From NCBI GenBank assembly GCA_031370005.1, contig JANMPT010000051.1:1-32922 (forward strand): a DNA stretch of 32,922 bases, in the 5' to 3' direction. This stretch comes from Bdellovibrionales bacterium (GTDB lineage Bacteria > Bdellovibrionota > Bdellovibrionia > Bdellovibrionales > Bdellovibrionaceae). Shown here piece after piece: positions 1 to 8,348 of the stretch; positions within the stretch are counted from its first letter, which is position 1, and each line of letters starts with the position of its first letter. A program made the translations under genes and the position numbers. A model generated the notes under the pieces. That model was given only the letters and a program-made list of their open reading frames with translations, had not been told where the DNA came from and did no database searches.

Positions 1-1
1 G

Positions 2-160
2 CTTAATCAACGCTGTGCAAAGCTACGAGCTGATATTCGGCGGCTAACGCGTCGGTCTTGGTGTACGACCAAGCTTAAGGAGAATTTGCAGAAGCACCTT
101 GAGCTTTATTGTTTTTACAACAATCAAGGAGCGAGCCAAGCCCTGAGTTATATTCCATAG
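2..160 (+). mobile_element. 3' end of an IS1-like DDE transposase gene (truncated by window start)
   Basis: Not in ORF track. Frame from base 2 reads LNQRCAKLRADIRRLTRRSWCTTKLKENLQKHLELYCFYNNQGASQALSYIP* (TAG 158-160), resembling the IS1 InsB C-terminal pattern N-x4-LR-x3-RLxR(K/R)(S/T)xxxxK. No terminal IR could be established. Confidence 0.6.
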
Positions 161-269
161 GGGTTCTCCTGCGCGCCGTAGTGAGGTTTTCTTGATGAGC
201 ATCGTGGTTAGCCCGCAGGAGAGTTCAGAATTCTATTAAATGAAAAGGATCTTTTGGGGCTTCGGAATT

Positions 270-294
270 AAAAAAGCCCCCTTCCAGGGGCTTT
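270..294 (-). terminator. Intrinsic terminator for the 323-3630 operon
   Basis: AAAGCCCC-cttcca-GGGGCTTT stem; A-run at 270-275 gives a U-tract on the minus strand. Confidence 0.7.
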
Positions 295-322
295 GGGTAC
301 AATCATCTGGGGCAGTTTCTAA

Positions 323-1012
323 CTATTTGCTAAGTTCAGATTCTGCCTGATTCATTTCTTGTTGGGCTAAAACATTTTTCCAAATTTTTTGACTGACTGG
401 GCCGGGAAGCCACTGCTGTATCTCGCTTGCCTTTAGAGGCTCCTGAGCCGTCCATTTGTAAAGCACTTCGGCCTTAACTCCCGCAAGGGTTTCACGGTCG
501 GCCATGCTAAGGTTTTCATTTTCAGTGCTAGGATCTTGAATAATTGATCTCAAAACTTCGGCAGCGGCTGTACTATTTTCACTGTTTAGCGCATCCAAAA
601 GAAAATCAACAGCAGCATTTTGTTGGTCCTCTGAGTTACTATATATACTCGGAGCTTTGAAAAGATCTTTGAGTCGCGTAATGAATGGCTCGTTTTTCAA
701 AAAATTCTGCTTTTGTAGTTTTTCTTTGTCAGTTAGAAAAATCTTTTTTCTAAGAAGACTATAGTCATTGAGTTCTTTTTTGTTTTCAAATGGTTTTAAT
801 TCAATGGTTGAAACTTCGTTTTGCGTTTGCGGCTCGAGCCTTATTACTGGCGGTGGAAGGGTGATCTCTTCATTTTTTTGCGATGTAAAGATTGGAAGCT
901 GCTTTGTCACTTTTTTAGAAGTTGTTAAAATTACTGATGGAGTCCTGAAGAACAGGACTCCTCCGAGTATAAAGACGGCGCCAAGCCCAAAGGCAACTTT
1001 TACAGTTCTCAT
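323..1012 (-). CDS. Hypothetical protein with N-terminal membrane anchor and helical C-terminal domain
   Basis: 229-aa ORF; hydrophobic segment VAFGLGAVFILGGVLFF; start overlaps the stop of the upstream gene (ATGA, 1009-1012). Confidence 0.8.
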   Translation of the reverse strand: MRTVKVAFGLGAVFILGGVLFFRTPSVILTTSKKVTKQLPIFTSQKNEEITLPPPVIRLEPQTQNEVSTIELKPFENKKELNDYSLLRKKIFLTDKEKLQKQNFLKNEPFITRLKDLFKAPSIYSNSEDQQNAAVDFLLDALNSENSTAAAEVLRSIIQDPSTENENLSMADRETLAGVKAEVLYKWTAQEPLKASEIQQWLPGPVSQKIWKNVLAQQEMNQAESELSK

Positions 1013-3630
1013 TTAGAGAATACCCCTTGAGTCATTTTATTTTTAAAGAGCCGTCGGTTTAAATTATCTGCACCTTGATTTTGGAAGAAGGCTGTTCCAT
1101 TTAAGTAACCATTTGTGACAACGATATTTTTCTTAATCTCTGAAGATTTCACGAAAAGGTTATAAACTTTACCGTAGTGGTTAATGTGATTTAAAGAAAT
1201 GATTGGGTCAAACTCACCACCCAAAACAACTAAGGCATCACCGACATGAAAGTCGCTTGCTTGCTTCATAAGTCCGTCGGAGGCCAATAGCGGATGGTTA
1301 GGGGTTAGCTTAAGTTGGCGACCTGATTTCATTTTGAACACAATAATGTCATGGTCGCCATCAAGAAGTTCGGTCACCCATTGATCTACTGCTGTTTTTT
1401 CGATGCTACGACTATTCAGGGATGAGTTGGTTTTTAAAGTTGCTACGTAACTATATTTTTTGGTCAAAGCTTCGATGAAGGTGACATATTTTGAACTTCC
1501 TTTTATATTTTCATCGGCCAGGATTTGTTGCTCTGGCGTTGCGCAGGAGGATACGCAGACCGCAGCGATATAGACAGTTGATGGAACTGTACAGTCTGCA
1601 GAGGCCGATTTCGGTGCAATCCATGCTTTTTCAGGTTTCGTTTCACGATTTAAGAAGGTTGGGTAAAGTAGTCTGCCTCGGGTGTTGTCGATCTCAACAT
1701 TTCCGCCGCCAATTTTTACACCGATATCAATAAATTTCCCCAAGAATTCTTTTACAACAGGAATTTGATCCTGACACTTTGCCATCCACTTAAAGCGACC
1801 AAGTGCCTCTGAGTTGCTTAAGCTGTCATGGGAGCAGCGATGAGCAACATAGTCACGGCAGTATTTTTCAGTTGCCCAAGCGCCATAGGCCACCTCTTGT
1901 TTTTCTTGCTGAACACTATGATCAGTACAAACAAAAGTCGTAGTGGTAATTTTATCACGAGTACTAGAAATGACGCCGATTTGGTTTGAAGGGCATTTTT
2001 CAGAGCTATTTGCTTCCTCTTGCACGACTGACTGTTCTTGTCGGCGAACGGCGGCAGGATTGCCGTCGCAGGCGCGCTCCTCCGTCTGGAAGTTTACGGC
2101 ACAACGCTCAGCTGGCGCTTCTGCACCTTTGTTGTCTTTGCAATGATAGATACGCGATTGTTTGCCGCCGCAGTCAGCAGAACAAGTCGTCCAGTTTTCT
2201 GTAGGAACATTCGAGTAAGTAGGACACAGGCCAAGAGTTTTTATATCACCCTGGTGGGTGTTTGAAGTGATAATTTGACCATTTTTACATTCTTGATCAG
2301 AGACCTGATTAAAGATACTGAAATAGCCTTGCTCTCCGTAAGCGCAGGTCAAGGCAACACTGGCCTCGCCTGTTATGATGTTGGCCTTAGATGTTCCGTT
2401 TGTGATTATGGAGCCGTCTGATAATTTACAGGATTGGTCTTGGCACAAGCCCTCATTTTTAAGTTCCTTCGACTTAGAGATCTCAACCCATTCTAAGCCC
2501 TCACCAACAAGCTTGCATTCCTCTACTGTGGTGTCGCGGTAAGACATGTTTTTAGTTCCATCAATACCACAAGCAACGGCCTCAGAGTAAATCTCACTTT
2601 GGCTAGAGCGTTTTTCTCCATATATAGAACAAGCCTTTGGATTTGTCGGAGTTGGCTCCGGGCTTGGGGAGGGGCTTGGCTCCGGTAGTGGCAAACCTAC
2701 GCTCAGATCATGGGTCAAAGTCACCCATGGAGTCGTTGAAGCTCCCACAAAGATTTGTACAGAAATTTGGTAGTCAGCAGCGGTTTGGTAAGTATGTTGG
2801 ACGCTTTGACCGCCGGAGGTGGCACCGTCTCCAAATCCCCACTGTACTGCTGAAATTTTTGAAGTTAAGCAAGAAGGAATATATAAAGATAATGAAACAG
2901 GAGTATCAACAATTGCTTCCGAGGCACCTGAGATTGTTAGATCTGATACGCACTCGAGGCCATCTTGAATCATTAAGACATTTACTTGGCGCACAAGAGT
3001 AATTTGTGTACGGTTCGAGTCAACCACGGTGGCAGAGATTTGATAAGTGCCGGGACGACTAAAGGTGTGATTGATTGTATTGATGTTATTTTCAAGAATT
3101 GAAGAGTCGCCAAAGTTCCAAGTCGCGGATTCAATAGTTAAACCTGTAGGAATCGCTAAACTATAGGATACGGGAGTCCCAACCATAGCAAGAGCAGGGC
3201 CAGAAATTACTGGTTGATCTGAAACGACCACGGTTTTAAGACTTATGCTAGAACTAGCAAGAGTGTTTTTTTCAATTTGGGCAACAACAACGTATTCGCC
3301 GGTCTTTTGGAAACTAGATTTAATAGCCGTACCGGTTTTTACAGACTGGCTATTGCTATCGCCAATTGTCCTCCAGCTAACTTTTTGAGTGGGTGAACAG
3401 CTAAGGTCGGTGTTTAATTGATAGGTTACAGAGGCACCTTTTTGAGCAACGGGCGCACCCTCAATTTGCAGAAGAGAAGGGTTAATAGGAGCTGTAGCAG
3501 TTTTACAGCTAGTCGCAAGGCCGTTGCTAGTAGAGTCTAATATGCCATCAGCACCAGTTGTCATCTTTTGGCAGCCGATAGTCCATAGGGCGAGTGTCAT
3601 AATCGAGAGCAATATTTTTTTTGAGTTCAT
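1009..3630 (-). CDS. Cys-rich lipoprotein with PKD domains, Pro-rich linker, thrombospondin type-1 repeat and C-terminal Hint domain
   Basis: Start moved to ATG 3630 (AAGGAG upstream). Signal MNSKKILLSIMTLALWTIG|C; PKD motifs WNFGD..HTFSRPGTYQI and WGFGDG..HTYQTAADYQI; TSP1 WTTCSADCGGKQSR (2068-2193); Hint motifs C-ATPEQ (1545), LTPNHPL, VYNLFV, NGYLN. Confidence 0.82.
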   Translation of the reverse strand: MNSKKILLSIMTLALWTIGCQKMTTGADGILDSTSNGLATSCKTATAPINPSLLQIEGAPVAQKGASVTYQLNTDLSCSPTQKVSWRTIGDSNSQSVKTGTAIKSSFQKTGEYVVVAQIEKNTLASSSISLKTVVVSDQPVISGPALAMVGTPVSYSLAIPTGLTIESATWNFGDSSILENNINTINHTFSRPGTYQISATVVDSNRTQITLVRQVNVLMIQDGLECVSDLTISGASEAIVDTPVSLSLYIPSCLTSKISAVQWGFGDGATSGGQSVQHTYQTAADYQISVQIFVGASTTPWVTLTHDLSVGLPLPEPSPSPSPEPTPTNPKACSIYGEKRSSQSEIYSEAVACGIDGTKNMSYRDTTVEECKLVGEGLEWVEISKSKELKNEGLCQDQSCKLSDGSIITNGTSKANIITGEASVALTCAYGEQGYFSIFNQVSDQECKNGQIITSNTHQGDIKTLGLCPTYSNVPTENWTTCSADCGGKQSRIYHCKDNKGAEAPAERCAVNFQTEERACDGNPAAVRRQEQSVVQEEANSSEKCPSNQIGVISSTRDKITTTTFVCTDHSVQQEKQEVAYGAWATEKYCRDYVAHRCSHDSLSNSEALGRFKWMAKCQDQIPVVKEFLGKFIDIGVKIGGGNVEIDNTRGRLLYPTFLNRETKPEKAWIAPKSASADCTVPSTVYIAAVCVSSCATPEQQILADENIKGSSKYVTFIEALTKKYSYVATLKTNSSLNSRSIEKTAVDQWVTELLDGDHDIIVFKMKSGRQLKLTPNHPLLASDGLMKQASDFHVGDALVVLGGEFDPIISLNHINHYGKVYNLFVKSSEIKKNIVVTNGYLNGTAFFQNQGADNLNRRLFKNKMTQGVFSK

Positions 3631-3662
3631 TGTGTGGGACTCCTTAAGGTTTATCATCCCAA

Positions 3663-3678
3663 AGCATTTTGGATTCCA
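3663..3678 (-). promoter_or_regulatory. Candidate sigma-54 (-24/-12) promoter
   Basis: Minus strand TGGAATCCAAAATGCT = GG-N10-GC, ~35 nt upstream of ATG 3630. Confidence 0.45.
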
Positions 3679-3731
3679 CAAATTCTCCTTAAAAGTGAAT
3701 CATCTTGATAGGGTAGCCTGTAGAGAATGAT

Positions 3732-3770
3732 GACAAAAAAATGAACTTCTAAAATATTCATTTTTTTGTC
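3732..3770. promoter_or_regulatory. Perfect 14-bp inverted repeat, candidate activator site
   Basis: GACAAAAAAATGAA-N11-TTCATTTTTTTGTC in the divergent intergenic region. Confidence 0.45.
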
Positions 3771-3925
3771 GAGAGTTTGTTCATTTGGAACTGCGAATGG
3801 CTGGCATGTAAAATTAACAAAAAATAAGCAAAAAATTGCGAAAGTTAACATTGCCGAGCTTTTCATCCCGAAATAGTTTAATATGCCCGCACAAACTTAA
3901 TGATTAAACAAAGGAAAGAAATTTT

Positions 3926-4309
3926 ATGAAACAGTTTTTCGTTTTAGCGTTCGTCACGTTGATATCAATTGGCTCTTTTGCTAGCCAAACTCGCTTTACA
4001 TGTAAAGTTATGGGGCAAAATTTATATTTTCAATATAACGGAAGTGATCAAGTAACGGCGTATGACAAAACGCAGTCATGCGATATGAAGTTAGATTCTG
4101 AATATAATCCAACGACACTAAAAGGTTTTTTGAGATTTAAACCAACTGCCGGTGATTATTGTAAAGCAGAATTTGACCCGTTTTTTCAAACGGGAAGAGT
4201 AACGATTGATAAGAGCTTTTTGGACAGTCAGACTGGCAAAACAGTGGCTCGTTTAAGATTAACAGGCGATGGCCAAACGCGAGATACCAAAGTTTTCTGC
4301 CGCAAATAA
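3926..4309 (+). CDS. Small secreted hypothetical protein
   Basis: 127 aa; Sec signal MKQFFVLAFVTLISIGSFA; four Cys; AAGGA upstream; terminator downstream. Confidence 0.8.
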   Translation: MKQFFVLAFVTLISIGSFASQTRFTCKVMGQNLYFQYNGSDQVTAYDKTQSCDMKLDSEYNPTTLKGFLRFKPTAGDYCKAEFDPFFQTGRVTIDKSFLDSQTGKTVARLRLTGDGQTRDTKVFCRK

Positions 4310-4325
4310 TTTATAAAATTCAATT

Positions 4326-4363
4326 AAAAAAAGGCTTGGATTAAATAACCAAGCCTTTTTTTT
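4326..4363. terminator. Intrinsic terminator (bidirectional shape)
   Basis: A-run + GGCTTGG-attaaataa-CCAAGCC + T-run. Confidence 0.85.
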
Positions 4364-4560
4364 GTCAGCCAAGGTGCTTTAAGGTGAGATGGCCGTTAAA
4401 AGCTGTTGCCAGACTTTCTCTTGATTATATTTTTCCTCAACATCCCTTCGAGCTTTATTTTGAATATTGTCCAATTAAATTACAGTAGGAACAAGTTACG
4501 GCAATCTGCCCAAGCGCACCTGGCCACGTCAAAGCAGACTTGGTATAGGCTTAAAAAGCT

Positions 4561-4576
4561 TGGCGTGCGCCTTGCT
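4561..4576 (+). promoter_or_regulatory. Candidate sigma-54 promoter
   Basis: TGGCGTG-CGCC-TTGCT, close to TGGCACG-N4-TTGCW, ~30 nt before GTG 4608. Confidence 0.6.
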
Positions 4577-4607
4577 TCTCATCTTTGAAAACACAACGAG
4601 GTGCTAG

Positions 4608-6173
4608 GTGAAATATTCCACTTTATTTACTATTATTACGGCGACGATTATGACCATCAGTGGTTCCGAAGCTTTTGCTAACTACTGTGCAGCCATTCGT
4701 GGAAATGGCGAATTGATGCCCGCGCATTGGGGTGCAATGTCGAGCCTTGTTGAAGAACAGGGCTTGCCTTCAGCAATGGCCGGCGGCAGTTCTGCAAGCA
4801 TCACCATGTTTTTACTTGAGAGTCTTTCTTTAAATCCCATTCCTGTGAACAACAGCGAAAGAGCTCTTCTTATTAAATCTTTCCAAGGCTATTTTGAAGC
4901 CATGTCTCAAACTTCCGAGGGCAAGGCCATTCAGGCGCTGCTAGCGGATAGGGGAGCCTTTCAATCCATTATTAATTCCGCCCCGAAACTTGATGAAGCC
5001 TTGGCTCATCCTGCAAATAGGGCTTTGCTGCTAAAACATATGGATTCATTGCAGGTTTTGATGGCTTCGGAAGATCTTAGGGATATCATTAATCCTGAGT
5101 TCGTTCTCTACGTCAAAAGAACTATTGGTCTTGCTCGGAAAGATGATGATTCAATTCAAAATGTTTTAAATTATCGCACAGGCCAAATCAGTTATGCGCT
5201 TAAAAACTTTGGGAAGTTTGACGCTCAAACTGACAAAACCCTTTTTGTTAGACCGGGGCTTATTAATTTCACAAGACTCAGTCTCATTTTGGGCGAAATG
5301 GGCAATTTCTATGCGAACTATAACAACGAATCTGCCACGGGAAATCAAATCGGACAAAGGCTGCGAGATTTTTTAAATCTCTGTACTCCTGGTTCTAAGG
5401 ATATGTCTTGGAGAGAGCTCAACCAGCAACGGCCTGCATGCCGGCAGCTTCTTGGCAGCGCCGTTCTCATGTATCACAAAGCCAAGGCCTCTGGTAAAAG
5501 TCGCATTCATGAGCTCATTGGAAGCCATATCCCGTCTTTTGCAAGCACCTCTGTTCTCACCGGGTCCGCAGTGAAGCAATTCGCGCGCTTGGCGGCTGAC
5601 TATCAAACCACTACGGATACTCAGTTCGGAGATTTCAGCATTAACTTTAATGAACTTCGCTTTGGTTATTGGGGTTTTCAAACGGATCTCGACAATATTC
5701 AAAACACATTAAATTTCGTAGCTGAATACAAGAGGGATGCAAAGTCACAGAAGTTTTTGTCCCTTGGTCAAGCCCCTTGGCTTCGGATTCTTTCCACATC
5801 CCCGGCAGAGCCAGGGCTGTCTCGCATTGTCGCCCTTTCTCGCAGTCAACTTTCAGCCGGCGGCTGGAGTGATTTACACCCAGTGATTGTTCTGAAGGCT
5901 TATGGCTGTAACCAGATTATATATGTTACGCGAAAAGGCGAAGAGTCCAAGTTTGCTCAAGCAGTGTTTAAACGACTAACTAGGGCAGACGAGAAGACTT
6001 GGAGTCGCTTTTACGATATGGCAAATCCAAATAGTTCAATCATGCTCTCGCAAAAACTTGCGACTAAAATCAAGTGCACAGATTGGGATCATTTCAAGGT
6101 AAAAGATGACATCAATGGACTCATTGAAGATGCGATGAGGGCTCCGCTTCTTGATCCCCCGTATTGCAAATAG
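4608..6173 (+). CDS. Secreted divergent patatin-like hydrolase
   Basis: Signal peptide ending AFA; AIRGNGELMPAHWGAM..AMAGGSSAS follows the patatin pattern LSGGG..AHIGVL..IAGTSAG; SPAEPG and LSAGGWSDLHP sit at the SxAxP and DGG positions. Confidence 0.6.
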   Translation: MKYSTLFTIITATIMTISGSEAFANYCAAIRGNGELMPAHWGAMSSLVEEQGLPSAMAGGSSASITMFLLESLSLNPIPVNNSERALLIKSFQGYFEAMSQTSEGKAIQALLADRGAFQSIINSAPKLDEALAHPANRALLLKHMDSLQVLMASEDLRDIINPEFVLYVKRTIGLARKDDDSIQNVLNYRTGQISYALKNFGKFDAQTDKTLFVRPGLINFTRLSLILGEMGNFYANYNNESATGNQIGQRLRDFLNLCTPGSKDMSWRELNQQRPACRQLLGSAVLMYHKAKASGKSRIHELIGSHIPSFASTSVLTGSAVKQFARLAADYQTTTDTQFGDFSINFNELRFGYWGFQTDLDNIQNTLNFVAEYKRDAKSQKFLSLGQAPWLRILSTSPAEPGLSRIVALSRSQLSAGGWSDLHPVIVLKAYGCNQIIYVTRKGEESKFAQAVFKRLTRADEKTWSRFYDMANPNSSIMLSQKLATKIKCTDWDHFKVKDDINGLIEDAMRAPLLDPPYCK

Positions 6174-6182
6174 GGCTTCAAT

Positions 6183-8348
6183 TTACTTTACAAGTTTTAG
6201 CCACTCTTCAGGAAAGGCAACAGGGCCTTCCCTTTGATTGAGCCTTTTATAAAATACATAGTTACGCATAACGAGCTTAACGTAGGCTCTAGTTTCATCG
6301 TAGGGAATTTCTTCAATGAACTCCAGAGCGTCATCACGATAGCGGGTTTTCATCCAGCCACGAATGGCCCCGGCACTAGCGTTATATGCGGCAACCGCTA
6401 AAATATATTGTTGATCATATCGGGTGACTAAGTTTCTAAGTTCCTTAGTCCCAAGGGCCACGTTGATTTCGGGATCGTACAAGTCTTCGGCGTCATTATA
6501 AGGAACTCCGGAATTACGACTGAGCTCTTTGGCAATGCTAGGCAGAAGCTGCATCAACCCAAAAGCATCTACGGGGCTTCGCGCCCGAGGATTAAATGCG
6601 GACTCTTGGCGAATGATCGAGAACCCAAGCTCCGCAGGGATTTGCTCTGCTTGGGCGGCTTGAACAATCAGATCCTTGTAGTTACGTGGAAATAAAAGCT
6701 CGGGATGACTCTGCACCATTTTGTCTTTTACTTCCGGTGGTAAAGTATTGAAGGCGGCAAAGAGTGGAAGATACAGATTGGCTCTGGCGTAGCTGGTTAA
6801 AACAATTAACCAGGTGTCTTCATCCTTGCGACCTTTTTGGCGCAGATCTTGTGAAAGCTGATCGATGATTCTCTCAGAGAAAGAGTTTTCTCCTACTGCC
6901 ATTAACCACTCGGTTTGAAGAGTAGAAATTTGGCTCATTTCCTTGAGATTGAATAGGGAATAAGTAAAATCCTTTTCATTGCTTTTCATGGGAGTAAAGT
7001 TTTGGCCAAGCTCACGAACGGCGATCACGCCGTAGTAACCGATTCGATCATCTTTGATAATTTGTTGTAGAAGAGTTTTTGCCTCTTCTGGCTTGTTCAA
7101 ATTTTTAAGGGCGCGGGCCTGCCAGAAAAGGCTGCGCATTCTGTCAGAAGCATCTTTGGCATTTTGCGAGAACTCTTGAAGTTTAGCAGCGGCTTCCTCA
7201 TAGCGTTTCATTTTATAAAGAACCCAAGGGTGCAACCATAAAACGCGTTCACGAATGCTAGAGCTCGAAAGGGGCTCCTTGAGACTGGCCTCATAGTAGG
7301 TTGCAGCTTTGGCAAGATTTCCTTTTTCTTCAGCCATGCGACCCAGAACAAAATAGATCTCATCCAGGGAGTGAATGCTCTTAAGCTGTCTTTGGGCCTC
7401 TGTTAGGTATTTAAGAGCAAGATTCAGGCGGTCTTCTGTCCATAGGGTGCGCGCGAGCAGCACATAACTTTCATGAAGATGTCTGATATTTTGAGGGTCT
7501 TTTTTATTTTTTTTATAGTTTGCTTTACACGAATTCACCAACTGAGCTGTGGCATCAATATAAGCATTTTTATTTTGCGCCACCTTGTAGGTCATACGGA
7601 TATTTTTTAGGGCGAGAAACTTATCTTCTGCCGTGGCGTTGGAATTTTTTAGGATTTTTTTATATAGAATCAATGCCTTTTCAAACTCTCGGCGTTGACG
7701 AAAGTCCATGGCCGCCGTCGGAAGTTCTTTGAAAGTCAGATGCGGCTTTAAGCGAGGCGAAGAGCGAAAGAGCTGACCTTGCACGGCTTCAATTTCACTT
7801 TCAGACTTTAGATCTTCGGCAATTTTTAATGCTTCAAGAAGGTATTGTTCTTTTTTCTTTGCAATAGTTTCTTGGCGCGCCATCTCCTTGAGAGCCTCGA
7901 GGTCGTCCTTTTTGTCCTCTGTTTTGCGGGCGCTCTTTAGCAGAACATCCGCTAAGACATCTTGGCTCCACTTATAGGTCGTGCGATAGAGTTCGGGATT
8001 CAGGCTTGGAAGACTCGCGGTATCCACGCAGCTTTGGTGGGCACGAAGCAGGGCAATGTCCTTCAGTGGGAAGTGCGGTTCCTTTGCCAGTGCTGTGAAT
8101 TGTATGCAGGCGAAGTCAGGATTTTTCTCTAGGCTTAAAAGTCCTTGGCGGTATCTTTTCCACCAAGTTTGATTTTCAGTTAGCGCAGTCAAAGCATCGA
8201 GTTCTTTTAAATTATGATCACGATTTTGAAGGATGAAATCATAGCTCGGAGCTTGTGACGACGGGGTGGCGCGGATATCTTTTATGGACGTCGTGGCACA
8301 ACCCAAAAATAAATTGGCAAATACTATGGCGGCAATAGTAAAATTCAT
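6183..8348 (-). CDS. slt: Slt70-like lytic transglycosylase with TPR-like helical region, probable lipoprotein
   Basis: IIRQESAFNP, AFGLMQLLP, AAYNAS, FIEEIPYDETRAYVKLV; lipobox LFLGC. Confidence 0.9.
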   Translation of the reverse strand: MNFTIAAIVFANLFLGCATTSIKDIRATPSSQAPSYDFILQNRDHNLKELDALTALTENQTWWKRYRQGLLSLEKNPDFACIQFTALAKEPHFPLKDIALLRAHQSCVDTASLPSLNPELYRTTYKWSQDVLADVLLKSARKTEDKKDDLEALKEMARQETIAKKKEQYLLEALKIAEDLKSESEIEAVQGQLFRSSPRLKPHLTFKELPTAAMDFRQRREFEKALILYKKILKNSNATAEDKFLALKNIRMTYKVAQNKNAYIDATAQLVNSCKANYKKNKKDPQNIRHLHESYVLLARTLWTEDRLNLALKYLTEAQRQLKSIHSLDEIYFVLGRMAEEKGNLAKAATYYEASLKEPLSSSSIRERVLWLHPWVLYKMKRYEEAAAKLQEFSQNAKDASDRMRSLFWQARALKNLNKPEEAKTLLQQIIKDDRIGYYGVIAVRELGQNFTPMKSNEKDFTYSLFNLKEMSQISTLQTEWLMAVGENSFSERIIDQLSQDLRQKGRKDEDTWLIVLTSYARANLYLPLFAAFNTLPPEVKDKMVQSHPELLFPRNYKDLIVQAAQAEQIPAELGFSIIRQESAFNPRARSPVDAFGLMQLLPSIAKELSRNSGVPYNDAEDLYDPEINVALGTKELRNLVTRYDQQYILAVAAYNASAGAIRGWMKTRYRDDALEFIEEIPYDETRAYVKLVMRNYVFYKRLNQREGPVAFPEEWLKLVK

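Noticed and set aside
161..230. Hammerhead ribozyme suggested by TGATGAG
   Set aside because: Core reads CTTGATGA rather than CTGATGA and no correctly placed GAAA or three-stem layout was found
1093..1545. Hint domain as a true intein or mobile element
   Set aside because: No terminal His-Asn plus nucleophile, no endonuclease domain, and it sits at the end of a secreted protein
4406..4588. 60-aa ORF here, and other short overlapping ORFs in the track
   Set aside because: No RBS or motifs; they overlap promoters or lie antisense or out of frame within well-supported genes
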